Positions 1 to 8,762 of a stretch of DNA of 33,812 nt are shown here, one piece after another. The DNA lies in NCBI GenBank assembly GCA_030610255.1, contig JAUWSB010000002.1, positions 1-33,812 of the forward strand, read 5' to 3'. The notes beneath the pieces were generated by a model, which did no database searches, was not told where the DNA came from, and saw only the letters and a list, made by a program, of their open reading frames with translations. How positions within the stretch are numbered: position 1 is the first letter of the stretch; every line of letters starts with the position of its first letter. Position numbers and translations under genes: made by a program. This stretch comes from Bacteroidota bacterium (GTDB lineage Bacteria; Bacteroidota; Bacteroidia; Bacteroidales; JADFUO01).

Positions 1-137
1 AAAAATATAAATAAATAGGGCAGGGCAGGTGTAACAAAACCGGCAGGTAAAAAATATCCGACGGTAAAACATATCAGTGCAAAAGCAACTGAAAAAATTA
101 TTATTCTTTTTAAAAAGTTAAGATAAACAGACTTCAT
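1..137 (-). CDS. hypothetical membrane protein, N-terminal part only (runs off the left edge)
   Basis: Minus-strand ATG at 135-137, open to the window edge. Translation MKSVYLNFLKRIIIFSVAFALICFTVGYFLPAGFVTPALPYLFIF is strongly hydrophobic. Same strand as, and downstream of, the AtpZ-like gene. Confidence 0.3.
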   Translation of the reverse strand, partial: MKSVYLNFLKRIIIFSVAFALICFTVGYFLPAGFVTPALPYLFIF

Positions 138-273
138 TGCTCATTAATATTAGTTTCATATCAAATTAGGTAACCATTCACGGCATAAATCTAAAGTACA
201 ATTGAACAATTTATTTATTAACTCTGTGAACGGTTACCAGATTAGTTACTTATTTTTTATCAATTTGTTTGGG

Positions 274-495
274 TTATTTCTTTTTTATCAGGTCTTTAAT
301 AACATAATAAATAGCTAATATTACTGATAAAATAGATAAAACAAATGTAAAGACAGGGAAACTCAGTTTAAGTAATTTATCAAGTTCAATACCGCCAAAT
401 ACACCTACGAGTATTATCACCAGCATTTGCACAGCGATAGTAGAATATCTGCCATAACTATCAAATAGTTTTTTCTTTGATTTTAGGTCCTTCAT
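274..495 (-). CDS. small two-TM membrane protein, AtpZ/AtpI-like
   Basis: 73-aa ORF with a basic N-terminus (KSKKK), then two hydrophobic helices (STIAVQMLVIILVGVFGG; FPVFTFVLSILSVILAIYYVI). Size and topology fit the AtpZ/AtpI family often found ahead of Bacteroidota ATP synthase operons. Overlaps the bactofilin 3' end by 35 nt. Confidence 0.55.
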   Translation of the reverse strand: MKDLKSKKKLFDSYGRYSTIAVQMLVIILVGVFGGIELDKLLKLSFPVFTFVLSILSVILAIYYVIKDLIKKK

Positions 496-868
496 TTTTT
501 AAAGGGAATTTATTATCTGATAATTTTGTTTCCCCCATATTACACGAACCGGAAAATTTTGCTCCGGGCTCAATTGAAAGTTTACCTGTTGTAACTTCCC
601 CTGAAAATTTAGCCGAAGCTTTTAAAGAAAGTAGTTCAGCTACAGTTACATTTGCTTTTACCTTTCCTGAAATATCGGCATTCTGGCATTTGATCTCTCC
701 CTCAACATTTCCTGTAGAACCAACAACTACCTTGCCTTTTGAACTTATTGAACCTATTAAAGTACCATCAATTCTAAAATCACCGTTTGATTCAATATCA
801 CCTTTTACGGTAGTGTCGGCACCCAGTAAATTTCTGGAAGTGGTTTCATTAACATTATTTTTAGCCAT
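461..868 (-). CDS. bactofilin (polymer-forming cytoskeletal protein, DUF583)
   Basis: 135 aa with a repetitive beta-helix pattern: TVKGDIESNGDFRIDGTLIGSISSKGKVVVGSTGNVEGEIKCQNADISGKVKANV...KFSGEVTTGKLSIEPGAKFSG, typical of the bactofilin core. Confidence 0.85.
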   Translation of the reverse strand: MAKNNVNETTSRNLLGADTTVKGDIESNGDFRIDGTLIGSISSKGKVVVGSTGNVEGEIKCQNADISGKVKANVTVAELLSLKASAKFSGEVTTGKLSIEPGAKFSGSCNMGETKLSDNKFPLKNEGPKIKEKTI

Positions 869-887
869 TTTATTAAGTGTTTAAATG

Positions 888-3521
888 TTATTTTTTTAAA
901 TAATTTTTTTCAAAGAACTTTGAATATTGCTTTGTATCCTTGTTTTTATAAAATACAGGATAATTCTCAGTAGATATCACAAAATTTTTATAATCAATAG
1001 GTGTAAGACTTGAAAAAACATATTCGTCTTTTGAGATTGTATTAAAGTAACCCATGGCATATTCCATATTTCCAAAATTACCTACTGTTATCATATGCCT
1101 GTTTTTATCCAGTAAAATACTGTTAATTGTCAGTTTTTCAAGCCTGTAATATTTTTTATTAAAATCTGATATTTTTACTTTTAATGCATTCAAATTTACA
1201 GATTTTTCTTTTACAATAAGCATATAAAAGAAAATCGCATTAGGATCATAAATATAAGGTGAAATGAAATCAGCATCTTCATCCGATACTTCTGAACCAT
1301 CTTCGCCTGATACGGAAGATTCACCTGATAAGTGGTCAAGAATATCTTGCGCCAAAGGTTTTACTTCACTTTCAGGATATTTTTTTATAAGCTGATTTAA
1401 AGCTGTTTGCAACGAATCAACAACCTCAATTTTTCCAATTGACAATGCTCGCAGGAACTCAAATTTTGGCATTAATGCAGTATCACTATATGTTGATATT
1501 GCATTGTCGGAATAATTAATAACCATATAATACTGCTCATTAGTAAAAGCTTCATAAGTGTTTTTATACAATGCAGCGGCAAGATCATGTTGTGCATACA
1601 TGGTTTTATAATAATCAGGATCCTGAATAACTTTTGCATAATCACTTTCGGGATATTTATTAATTATCAGGTTTTTGTAAAAATCAAGCTTTTCCTGATC
1701 ACCTTCTTCAGCATAAAGTTTATATAAACTATAATAAGCTTTCAGTTGATATTTATTTTGCGGAAAGCGATTAAGCAGCTCCTCAAACGATTCAATGGAT
1801 TTTTTATCATCTTCTAATCCTTCTTTATACAGCCCGCCTAAATTAAATAATGCATCAATAATTTTATCATTGGAAATTTTAATTTCTTCCTCAGTAAAAG
1901 GAATATTTTGTAGATAATACTCTCTGTCTTTTGGATTTGTTGAAACGACTATAGCACTATCAACTCCTATGCTATCTGCTACAATTTCTTCCTGCTCATC
2001 AAAACCAAACGATATAATTTGCTTATTGATCAATCTCCAGTTATCTTCTAATTTTCTGTTACCCCAATTTTTCACAAATTCCGTATAACCTGAACTAAGC
2101 ATTTGTGGATTGTAAAAATACCATGCTCCGCTCCTGCTGTCCTGTGTAAAGTCAGTTTGACCCGATAATCCTCTATCTTGTTGTGCTAATAATTCCTGCT
2201 CTATTCTTGCTTCTTCATCTTTAATATATTTTTCAATGATATTATCAACAATAGCATTTCTGTCTTCTTCCGACAGGCTGGCAAGATATTGCAAACTGTC
2301 TTCAAGTTGAATGACTGATAAGTTTGTAACCAAAGATGACAGTGTTAGTGCTTTGTTTCGTATTACTTCATAATTGGGAAAGTCTTCGGGCAATGATTGC
2401 ATTACAGTGTCGTAATATGCCTGAGCATTTTCATATTCGGGAATTATAAAATAAATATCAGCAAGTTTTAATGATGATGTTACTTTTTGATAATCATTGT
2501 TAGAACTTAAACTAACTGATAATTTTAAATAATTTATACCTAATGTATCATTGCCATCTTTAAGGGCAATTTCAGCCAGTGCATAATAAATCTGGTCTTT
2601 ATATTCCTTATTTTTAATATCTTTAAGCATTTTTGTTAGTGTTTTATTAATCTGCTTACTATCACCTGATGTTGCATCATAAGTTTTGGCTAAATTAATT
2701 TTTGCCTGAAAAGCCATTTCGTAAGGAGGATTTCGTTTAATAACCTGTGAATATAATTTCGAAGCTTGAGTGAGATGATTTTCCTTATGATAAATCTGGG
2801 CAAGCATAAATTTGAGTCTTGTAATAAGTTGTTTGTTTGAATTTAATTCAATGCCTCTGTATAAATAATTTATTGCCGGGTCATATTTTTCCTGAAGTAT
2901 GTAATAATTTGCAAATATTAAAGGGAACTTTTTTAAAAATTTGGGTTTAATAAATTCTTTTTCATCTTTGCTTTGAAATAAGTTAAGCAATGCTTCTGAT
3001 TTTTCAAATTCACCCATTTGATTATATGTTTGAGCCAACCATAACATTGCATCATACTTGATTTCATTTTCGCTATATTCTTTAATCACAAAATTGAAGG
3101 TTCTGCGGGCACCAATGTATTCCTGCTTGTAAAAGTATGCTTTTCCGATAAGCATGTAGCTGTCGTCAATCCATCTGCAATATTCTTTACCGTCAAAATG
3201 CATTGAATGTCGCTGAATAACTATTGAGGCTTTTTCTATTGCCCTGTCCATATATGGATTTAGTGTTTTTGCATTAGGATCTGTTCCATAGTTAAAAACA
3301 GGAAGGATTTTATTGTAATCATCAACAATAATTTTTTTTAGCTCGGCTTTTCCTTCTTTATAACTTTCATTACCATTCCAGTAACAGTTATAATGGGATG
3401 TTAAATTATGGTAAATTCTTCGTGTAAAACTATTTTTTTTTGTGGAACACGAAAACAAAACAATTAACATTAAGAAAATTGCAGTTATATTCAGAAATTT
3501 ATATAAATTTTTTACAATCAA
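888..3521 (-). CDS. TPR-repeat lipoprotein, probable type IX secretion PorW/SprE homologue
   Basis: 877-aa ORF. A TTG start at 3521 gives a lipoprotein signal peptide (KNLYKFLNITAIFLMLIVLFSC, lipobox Cys), followed by NSFTRRIYHNLTSHYNCYWNG and many TPR-like helices. Size, lipobox and N-terminal motif resemble SprE/PorW. Lies 5 kb from the gldKLMN cluster. Family assignment not verified by search. Confidence 0.6.
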   Translation of the reverse strand: MIVKNLYKFLNITAIFLMLIVLFSCSTKKNSFTRRIYHNLTSHYNCYWNGNESYKEGKAELKKIIVDDYNKILPVFNYGTDPNAKTLNPYMDRAIEKASIVIQRHSMHFDGKEYCRWIDDSYMLIGKAYFYKQEYIGARRTFNFVIKEYSENEIKYDAMLWLAQTYNQMGEFEKSEALLNLFQSKDEKEFIKPKFLKKFPLIFANYYILQEKYDPAINYLYRGIELNSNKQLITRLKFMLAQIYHKENHLTQASKLYSQVIKRNPPYEMAFQAKINLAKTYDATSGDSKQINKTLTKMLKDIKNKEYKDQIYYALAEIALKDGNDTLGINYLKLSVSLSSNNDYQKVTSSLKLADIYFIIPEYENAQAYYDTVMQSLPEDFPNYEVIRNKALTLSSLVTNLSVIQLEDSLQYLASLSEEDRNAIVDNIIEKYIKDEEARIEQELLAQQDRGLSGQTDFTQDSRSGAWYFYNPQMLSSGYTEFVKNWGNRKLEDNWRLINKQIISFGFDEQEEIVADSIGVDSAIVVSTNPKDREYYLQNIPFTEEEIKISNDKIIDALFNLGGLYKEGLEDDKKSIESFEELLNRFPQNKYQLKAYYSLYKLYAEEGDQEKLDFYKNLIINKYPESDYAKVIQDPDYYKTMYAQHDLAAALYKNTYEAFTNEQYYMVINYSDNAISTYSDTALMPKFEFLRALSIGKIEVVDSLQTALNQLIKKYPESEVKPLAQDILDHLSGESSVSGEDGSEVSDEDADFISPYIYDPNAIFFYMLIVKEKSVNLNALKVKISDFNKKYYRLEKLTINSILLDKNRHMITVGNFGNMEYAMGYFNTISKDEYVFSSLTPIDYKNFVISTENYPVFYKNKDTKQYSKFFEKNYLKK

Positions 3522-3665
3522 GTTGCTGTAATTTATAATATTACAAAATAGCTATCTAGACTTTTATTTTTTATCTTGCAGTTTACTGCGTTATGCTTTA
3601 TTAACTTTGATTTTACAAAAATATTTTATTTTTTTTAATTACCTGCAAAATTTAGGTTTTGTTTG

Positions 3666-3673
3666 TAGCTTTG
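3666..3673 (+). promoter_or_regulatory. Bacteroidota -7 promoter motif TAnnTTTG (TAGCTTTG)
   Basis: TAGCTTTG lies 25 nt upstream of the ATG at 3698. It sits inside the TTG-started ORF extension, which supports the shorter CDS. Confidence 0.4.
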
Positions 3674-3697
3674 CAGCCTGAAAAATTTATTGAACAG

Positions 3698-4576
3698 ATG
3701 CTACGTAAAAAAAGTAAGAATAAATGGTATTATAAATTAAGAGATAAATACCGGCTGATTATTTTAAATGATGAAACTTTTGAAGAAAGGGTATCATTCA
3801 GGTTATCACGTTTAAATGTTTTCATTACCTTAGGTACTCTTTCAATTTTTTTGATATTTTTAACAACAATCATAATTGCTTTTACTCCTTTGCGAGAATA
3901 TATTCCAGGTTATATGGATGTTACTTTGCCTAAAAAAATATATTTACTACAGCAAAAAGTCGATTCTTTAGAAAGGGATTTTAATCAAAAAAATTTATAT
4001 ATTCATAACATTAAAAATATTATTGAAGGTAAAGAGATTGTTGATTTTATTCCTGAAGAACCGCAAACAAATATAAATTACGATACAATATCTTTAAGAA
4101 GATCAATTGAAGATTCATTACTTAGAGCTGAATTTGAAAACCAGTATCAATATAATCTTTATTTTAATGAATATGGAGATTTATATGGGGATAATCATAC
4201 AATGGGGAGTTATATGTTTTTTACACCAATGAAAGGCATCATTACAAAAAATTTTAACCCTGGCGAGAAACATTATGGTATTGACATAGTTGCAAAACGA
4301 AATGAAACAGTGAAAGCCACTCTGGACGGCACTGTCATAATTTCAGGCTGGACAGTGGCAACAGGTTATATTATCGGGATTCAACATCAGCGGAATATTA
4401 TATCAATTTATAAACATAATGCAGCTTTATTGAAAAAAGAAGGGAATTTTGTTAAAGCCGGTGAGCCGATAGCAATAGTTGGCGAATCGGGTGAATTAAC
4501 TACAGGTCCGCACCTGCATTTTGAATTATGGTATAATGGAACACCTGTCAATCCTTTGGATTATATGACATTTTGA
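3698..4576 (+). CDS. M23 family metallopeptidase (LytM-domain, membrane anchored)
   Basis: HYGIDIVA ... GYIIGIQH ... GESGELTTGPHLHFELW zinc-binding motifs of peptidase M23. N-terminal TM helix (VFITLGTLSIFLIFLTTIIIAF). ATG at 3698 is preferred over the TTG at 3659. Confidence 0.9.
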   Translation: MLRKKSKNKWYYKLRDKYRLIILNDETFEERVSFRLSRLNVFITLGTLSIFLIFLTTIIIAFTPLREYIPGYMDVTLPKKIYLLQQKVDSLERDFNQKNLYIHNIKNIIEGKEIVDFIPEEPQTNINYDTISLRRSIEDSLLRAEFENQYQYNLYFNEYGDLYGDNHTMGSYMFFTPMKGIITKNFNPGEKHYGIDIVAKRNETVKATLDGTVIISGWTVATGYIIGIQHQRNIISIYKHNAALLKKEGNFVKAGEPIAIVGESGELTTGPHLHFELWYNGTPVNPLDYMTF

Positions 4577-4586
4577 TGATAATAAA

Positions 4587-5738
4587 ATGAAAAAACGAAT
4601 TGCAATATTGGGTTCAACAGGCTCAATAGGCACACAAGCGCTGGAAGTTATCAATCAACATCCTGAAAATTTTGAACTTGAAGTAATTACTGCTCATTCA
4701 AATGCAAACCTGCTTATTGAACAGGCAATTAAGTTTAAACCTAATGCTGTTGTTATTGCTAACGATAAATTTTACAATAAAGTTTTCAATGCTTTAAACA
4801 CTTATGATATTAAGGTTTTTAGTGGTAATGAATCTATATCTCAAATTATCGAAATGGATTCTATTGATCTTGTTTTGATTGCATTGGTAGGTTATGCGGG
4901 ATTAAAGCCCACATTAAAAGCAATTGAAAAAGGAAAACAAATTGCCCTGGCAAATAAAGAATCGTTGGTTGTTGCCGGAAAACTTATTACCGAATCAGCT
5001 AAAAAAAATGGAGTAAATATTATACCTGTTGATTCTGAACATTCGGCAATTTTTCAATGCCTTGCCGGAGAATCTTTTAATCCTATTGAAAAAATTTACT
5101 TAACGGCTTCGGGCGGACCATTCAGAGGAAAAGAAAATAAATTCTTAAAAAACGTTAAAAAAGAACAAGCCCTGAAACATCCAAACTGGAAAATGGGAAA
5201 TAAGATAACCATTGATTCTGCAAGCTTAATGAACAAGGGTTTGGAAGTTATTGAAGCCCATTGGTTATTTGATTTAAAGCCCGAACAAATTCAGGTAATT
5301 ATTCATCCCCAGTCAATTATACATTCAATTGTTCAGTTTTGTGATGGTTCAATGAAAGCCCAGATGGGATTACCTGATATGAAATTACCGATTCAATATG
5401 CTTTATCTTTTCCTTTTAGAATAAAATCCGATTTCCCTCGTTTTAGTTTTTTTAATTATCCCGAATTAACCTTTGAAGCACCCGATTTAAAAATTTTTCG
5501 TAATCTTGCACTAGCTTTTGAGGCTGTGAAAATGGGTGGCAACATACCCTGCATTTTAAATGCTGCTAATGAAGTTGTTGTTGAAGCATTTTTAAATGAT
5601 AAAATCGGGTTTCTTAAAATGCCAGATATAATTGAAAAATGTATGCAAACAATCAATTTCATTAAAGACCCGTCGTATGAGGATTATGTTTTTACGGATA
5701 ATGAAACAAGAATAAAAGCATTAAGTTATATACGTTAA
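4587..5738 (+). CDS. dxr: 1-deoxy-D-xylulose 5-phosphate reductoisomerase
   Basis: ILGSTGSIGTQAL NADPH-binding N-terminus, LANKESLV, DSEHSAIFQC, HPNWKMG, NKGLEVIEAHWLF. Full-length 383 aa. Confidence 0.97.
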   Translation: MKKRIAILGSTGSIGTQALEVINQHPENFELEVITAHSNANLLIEQAIKFKPNAVVIANDKFYNKVFNALNTYDIKVFSGNESISQIIEMDSIDLVLIALVGYAGLKPTLKAIEKGKQIALANKESLVVAGKLITESAKKNGVNIIPVDSEHSAIFQCLAGESFNPIEKIYLTASGGPFRGKENKFLKNVKKEQALKHPNWKMGNKITIDSASLMNKGLEVIEAHWLFDLKPEQIQVIIHPQSIIHSIVQFCDGSMKAQMGLPDMKLPIQYALSFPFRIKSDFPRFSFFNYPELTFEAPDLKIFRNLALAFEAVKMGGNIPCILNAANEVVVEAFLNDKIGFLKMPDIIEKCMQTINFIKDPSYEDYVFTDNETRIKALSYIR

Positions 5739-5744
5739 ATTTTA

Positions 5745-5778
5745 GTAACTATTCAGCTTGTGAAAAATATTAATAACC
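5745..5778 (+). repeat. dispersed intergenic motif copy (GTAACTATTCAGCTTGTGAAAAAT...)
   Basis: 24 of the first 28 nt are identical to the copy at 21471. First 12 nt are identical to the copy at 28584. Reverse complement of the core is at 6101-6110. Confidence 0.7.
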
Positions 5779-5814
5779 TTATAGAAAATACTATATTGAA
5801 ATTTGTAACGAAAT

Positions 5815-6078
5815 AAATTCCAAGCACCAAATAACAAATTACAAATAAATACCAATGACCCAAAAATCAAATTCAAAAGAAAGTGTATATTTTTTGAGGT
5901 TAATTAAAGAAACAAATCCAGAAGAATATGAGGATGAAGCAACAATTTTTTTCAATGAAGCCAATGAACTAAAGAAAATATTTTCATCAATCATAGAAAA
6001 GTAAAAATAATTGTTTTGGTCATTGTAATTTTAATAATTGAGATTTATTTGTTATTTGGTGCTTGTGTTTTGGAATTT
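5815..6078. repeat. imperfect long inverted repeat flanking the four-helix-bundle remnant
   Basis: Perfect 19-bp arms caagcaccaaataacaaat (5821-5839) / atttgttatttggtgcttg (6047-6065). Also aaattc/gaattt (5815-5820 / 6073-6078) and caatgacc/ggtcattg (5853-5860 / 6018-6025). Confidence 0.9.
5855..6004 (+). pseudogene. truncated four-helix-bundle protein (23S rRNA intervening-sequence protein family) remnant
   Basis: The 49-codon ORF MTQKSNSKESVYFLRLIKETNPEEYEDEATIFFNEANELKKIFSSIIEK resembles only the C-terminal helices of this roughly 115-125-aa family (pattern KEA.ET.YWL.LL.E.....E...L..E..EL.KI..SII). The N-terminal two thirds are absent. Confidence 0.55.
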
Positions 6079-6084
6079 AAGTGT

Positions 6085-6110
6085 TAATAACTTTGTATTC
6101 CTGAATAGTT
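6085..6110 (-). repeat. inverted copy of the dispersed motif (core ctgaatagtt = AACTATTCAG on minus strand)
   Basis: 10-nt core exact at 6101-6110. The adjacent tattaa stretch partly matches the 5745 copy in inverse orientation. Confidence 0.6.
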
Positions 6111-6150
6111 TTCAATTTTATAAATATTTTAATCACAATTAAATTCTAAT

Positions 6151-7476
6151 ATGGATATTTTTATCAAAATCATACAATTATTATTAAGTCTTTCAATACT
6201 TGTGATTTTTCACGAGATGGGGCATTTTATAGCTGCAAAGATTTTTAAAACACGTGTAGAAAAATTTTATCTCTTTTTTAATCCGTGGTTTTCAATATTT
6301 AAATTTAAGAAAAATTATACCGAGTACGGCTTGGGCTGGCTGCCTTTGGGTGGTTATGTAAAAATTTCGGGGATGATTGATGAATCTTTGGATAAGAAGC
6401 AATTAAAAAAGCCGCCACAACCATGGGAATTTCGCTCGAAACCAGCATGGCAAAGACTGATAATTATGCTTGGCGGAGTAACCGTTAATGTTTTACTCGC
6501 AATGGCCATATATATAATTCTGCTTTTTACCTGTGGTGAACAATATCTCCCAACCACAGAAGTAAATAAATACGGTATTGTTTGTGATTCGCTTGCCATG
6601 GAAATGGGCTTACAAAATGGTGATAAAATTATTTCAATTAACAACGAGCCTGTTGAAGATTTCAGAAAAATCCCTTTGAAATTAATTCTTGATGAAGGAA
6701 AAACAATACAAATAATCAGAAATGGTATACCAATGGAAATTCAAATCCCTCAGGGATTAATTGGTAAACTAATAAAACATAAATCACCCGATTTTATTTT
6801 TATCAGATTCCCTTTTGAAGTTGGTGATTTCAGAAATGGTTCACCCGCAAAAGAAGCAGGACTAATAATTGATGACAAGATTATTGGATTGAATGATGAA
6901 TCAATGATTTATTTTGATGAATTTTATAATGAAATTAGAAAACATAAGAACGAAGAAATATCCGTTTTGGTTCTAAGAAATTCCGATACATTAAATATTA
7001 ATGTAAATGTTCCTGAAGAGGGTTTAATAGGAGTATATCCCAAATCGCTTGATAATTACTTCACATATAGGGAAATAAATTATTCTTTTTTTGAAGCTAT
7101 ACCGGCCGGTATAATTAAAGCTTATGATGGAATTGGTAATTATCTCAAACAACTAAAATTGTTATTTTCACCCGAAGTCAAAGCCTATGAATCAATTGGC
7201 GGATTTATCACCATTGGCAGTATTTTCCCGTCAACATGGGATTGGGAGCATTTCTGGAAACTAACAGCTTTCTTATCTATAATGTTAGCTATTCTTAATT
7301 TATTGCCTATTCCTGCTTTAGATGGAGGTCATGTAATGTTCTTACTTTATGAAATTACTACCCGCAGAAAACCCAGTGATAAATTTATGGAATATGCCCA
7401 AATTGTTGGAATGATAATTTTATTCAGTTTACTGATTTTTGCTAATGGGAATGATATTATTAAACTTTTCAAATAG
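6151..7476 (+). CDS. rseP: RIP metalloprotease RseP (site-2 protease, M50 family)
   Basis: HEMGH zinc motif at the N-terminus, central PDZ-like segments, C-terminal NLLPIPALDGGH motif, multiple TM helices. 441 aa. Classic dxr-rseP neighbourhood. Confidence 0.93.
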   Translation: MDIFIKIIQLLLSLSILVIFHEMGHFIAAKIFKTRVEKFYLFFNPWFSIFKFKKNYTEYGLGWLPLGGYVKISGMIDESLDKKQLKKPPQPWEFRSKPAWQRLIIMLGGVTVNVLLAMAIYIILLFTCGEQYLPTTEVNKYGIVCDSLAMEMGLQNGDKIISINNEPVEDFRKIPLKLILDEGKTIQIIRNGIPMEIQIPQGLIGKLIKHKSPDFIFIRFPFEVGDFRNGSPAKEAGLIIDDKIIGLNDESMIYFDEFYNEIRKHKNEEISVLVLRNSDTLNINVNVPEEGLIGVYPKSLDNYFTYREINYSFFEAIPAGIIKAYDGIGNYLKQLKLLFSPEVKAYESIGGFITIGSIFPSTWDWEHFWKLTAFLSIMLAILNLLPIPALDGGHVMFLLYEITTRRKPSDKFMEYAQIVGMIILFSLLIFANGNDIIKLFK

Positions 7477-7532
7477 CTATATCACTATAGGGTCTATTTA
7501 GTGACTGTCCATAAAGTTAAAGAATTTTTGAA

Positions 7533-7555
7533 TTAATCCCGAAAGCTTTCGGGAT
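7533..7555. terminator. palindromic hairpin between convergent rseP and yitT-like genes (possible bidirectional terminator)
   Basis: ttaATCCCGAAAGCTTTCGGGAT contains a perfect 20-nt palindrome (7536-7555). There is no strong U-tract. An identical 23-mer recurs at 24661-24683. Confidence 0.4.
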
Positions 7556-7624
7556 GTCATTTGTGCTTTTTAATATTTATTTAAACTTTCGGACTTTATA
7601 GACAGGCTCTATTTAAAATATTGT

Positions 7625-8518
7625 TTAATCAGATATCTTATCCTTTAACGATTTAAAACCGTTGCCTATAATTTCATTCGCATTAATTACTGTCATGAAT
7701 GCTTTTGGGTCTATCTTATTAATAAAATCCTGAAGCATAGCTAATTCACGCCTGTTAACAACAGCAAAAATCAATGTTTTTTCAGCATTGTTATACATAC
7801 CGTTTCCGTGTATATAAGTACCACCGCGATTCAAATCATTAATAATTTTATTTCGTATTTCTTCATACTTATCAGAAATTATAAATAATGTTTTATCATA
7901 ACTTATACCTTCCAATACAACATCTATTACTTTGCCTGTAATAAAAATCACTATTAAAGAATATAACGGGATTTTCCAATCTCTGAAAGCAACTAATCCA
8001 ACCAAAACAATTGCCGAATCAACATAGATCATTAATTGACCCAAAGGAATTTTTGTATATTTACCGATTATCATAGCAATAATATCGGATCCACCTGAAG
8101 TAGCTTTTGCTTTAAAAATCAAACCGAGTCCCAAGCCTACAAAAACACCTCCGAAAATTGAAGAAAGCAAAGCATCGCCTTCAACTAATGGTGCATTGCC
8201 CCAAAAGTAGGTTAATACATCTACAAAAAAGGCAGTAAGCACAAAACCTACAACCGTTTTTACACCAAACCTCGGACCCAATACTTTTATACCAATAATA
8301 GTTAATGGAATATCAAATGCCAATGCAGTCATACCAACCGGAGTATCAATCAAATAATGCAAAACTATAGATATCCCATATACTCCTCCCGGTATTATTT
8401 TATAAGGAATAATAAATAATACAAATCCTGAAGCAAGTATAAATGATCCAAATAAAATTAAACTGTAATTTAAAAACCATTTCTTTGAAAAAAGTTTTTC
8501 CTTTTGTATGAATGCCAT
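7625..8518 (-). CDS. YitT family membrane protein (DUF2179 C-terminal domain)
   Basis: 297 aa with five or six TM helices containing the GGSDI motif (SGGSDIIAMIIGKY). Soluble C-terminal domain: TLFIISDKYEEIRNKIINDLNRGGTYIHGNGMY...KAFMTVINANEIIG. Confidence 0.85.
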   Translation of the reverse strand: MAFIQKEKLFSKKWFLNYSLILFGSFILASGFVLFIIPYKIIPGGVYGISIVLHYLIDTPVGMTALAFDIPLTIIGIKVLGPRFGVKTVVGFVLTAFFVDVLTYFWGNAPLVEGDALLSSIFGGVFVGLGLGLIFKAKATSGGSDIIAMIIGKYTKIPLGQLMIYVDSAIVLVGLVAFRDWKIPLYSLIVIFITGKVIDVVLEGISYDKTLFIISDKYEEIRNKIINDLNRGGTYIHGNGMYNNAEKTLIFAVVNRRELAMLQDFINKIDPKAFMTVINANEIIGNGFKSLKDKISD

Positions 8519-8552
8519 AACTTATAAGATTTTAAGTGTTAAAAAATGGCTG

Positions 8553-8560
8553 CAAAAGTA
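8553..8560 (-). promoter_or_regulatory. Bacteroidota -7 promoter motif (TACTTTTG on minus strand)
   Basis: The reverse complement of caaaagta is TACTTTTG, 35 nt upstream of the yitT-like ATG at 8518. Confidence 0.4.
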
Positions 8561-8762
8561 ATTAGTTTTATAATATTAAAAAGAAAAAATAAAATATTTT
8601 CAACACTATTACGTTTTTGCAACAAATTGATTTTGGTAGGTTTAAACTAAATAATTGAAAAATGATTTTAATAGAACAAGTTTTATTATTAAACTTTTGT
8701 CTTAAATAAAAATATTTTTATTATTTTAGCCCTTCTTATAAACATTATTGTATACTTATTTA

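Noticed and set aside
477-884. 135-aa ORF on the plus strand
   Set aside because: It is exactly antisense to the bactofilin gene, whose repetitive sequence keeps the opposite frame open. It has no family resemblance and no start context.
3659-3697. TTG-initiated N-terminal extension of the M23 peptidase ORF. Analogous extensions occur at 8748, 9798, 22864, 27467 and 33294.
   Set aside because: In each case a downstream ATG gives a proper signal peptide or N-terminus, avoids overlap with the upstream gene, or sits after a promoter motif. The extensions are ORF-finder artefacts.
5456-5662. 68-aa minus-strand ORF inside dxr. Similar shadow ORFs lie at 6354-6644, 12308-12499, 13646-13846, 14555-14785, 15217-15414 and 18173-18355.
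   Set aside because: All are fully embedded in confidently identified genes, are short, and have no recognisable motifs.
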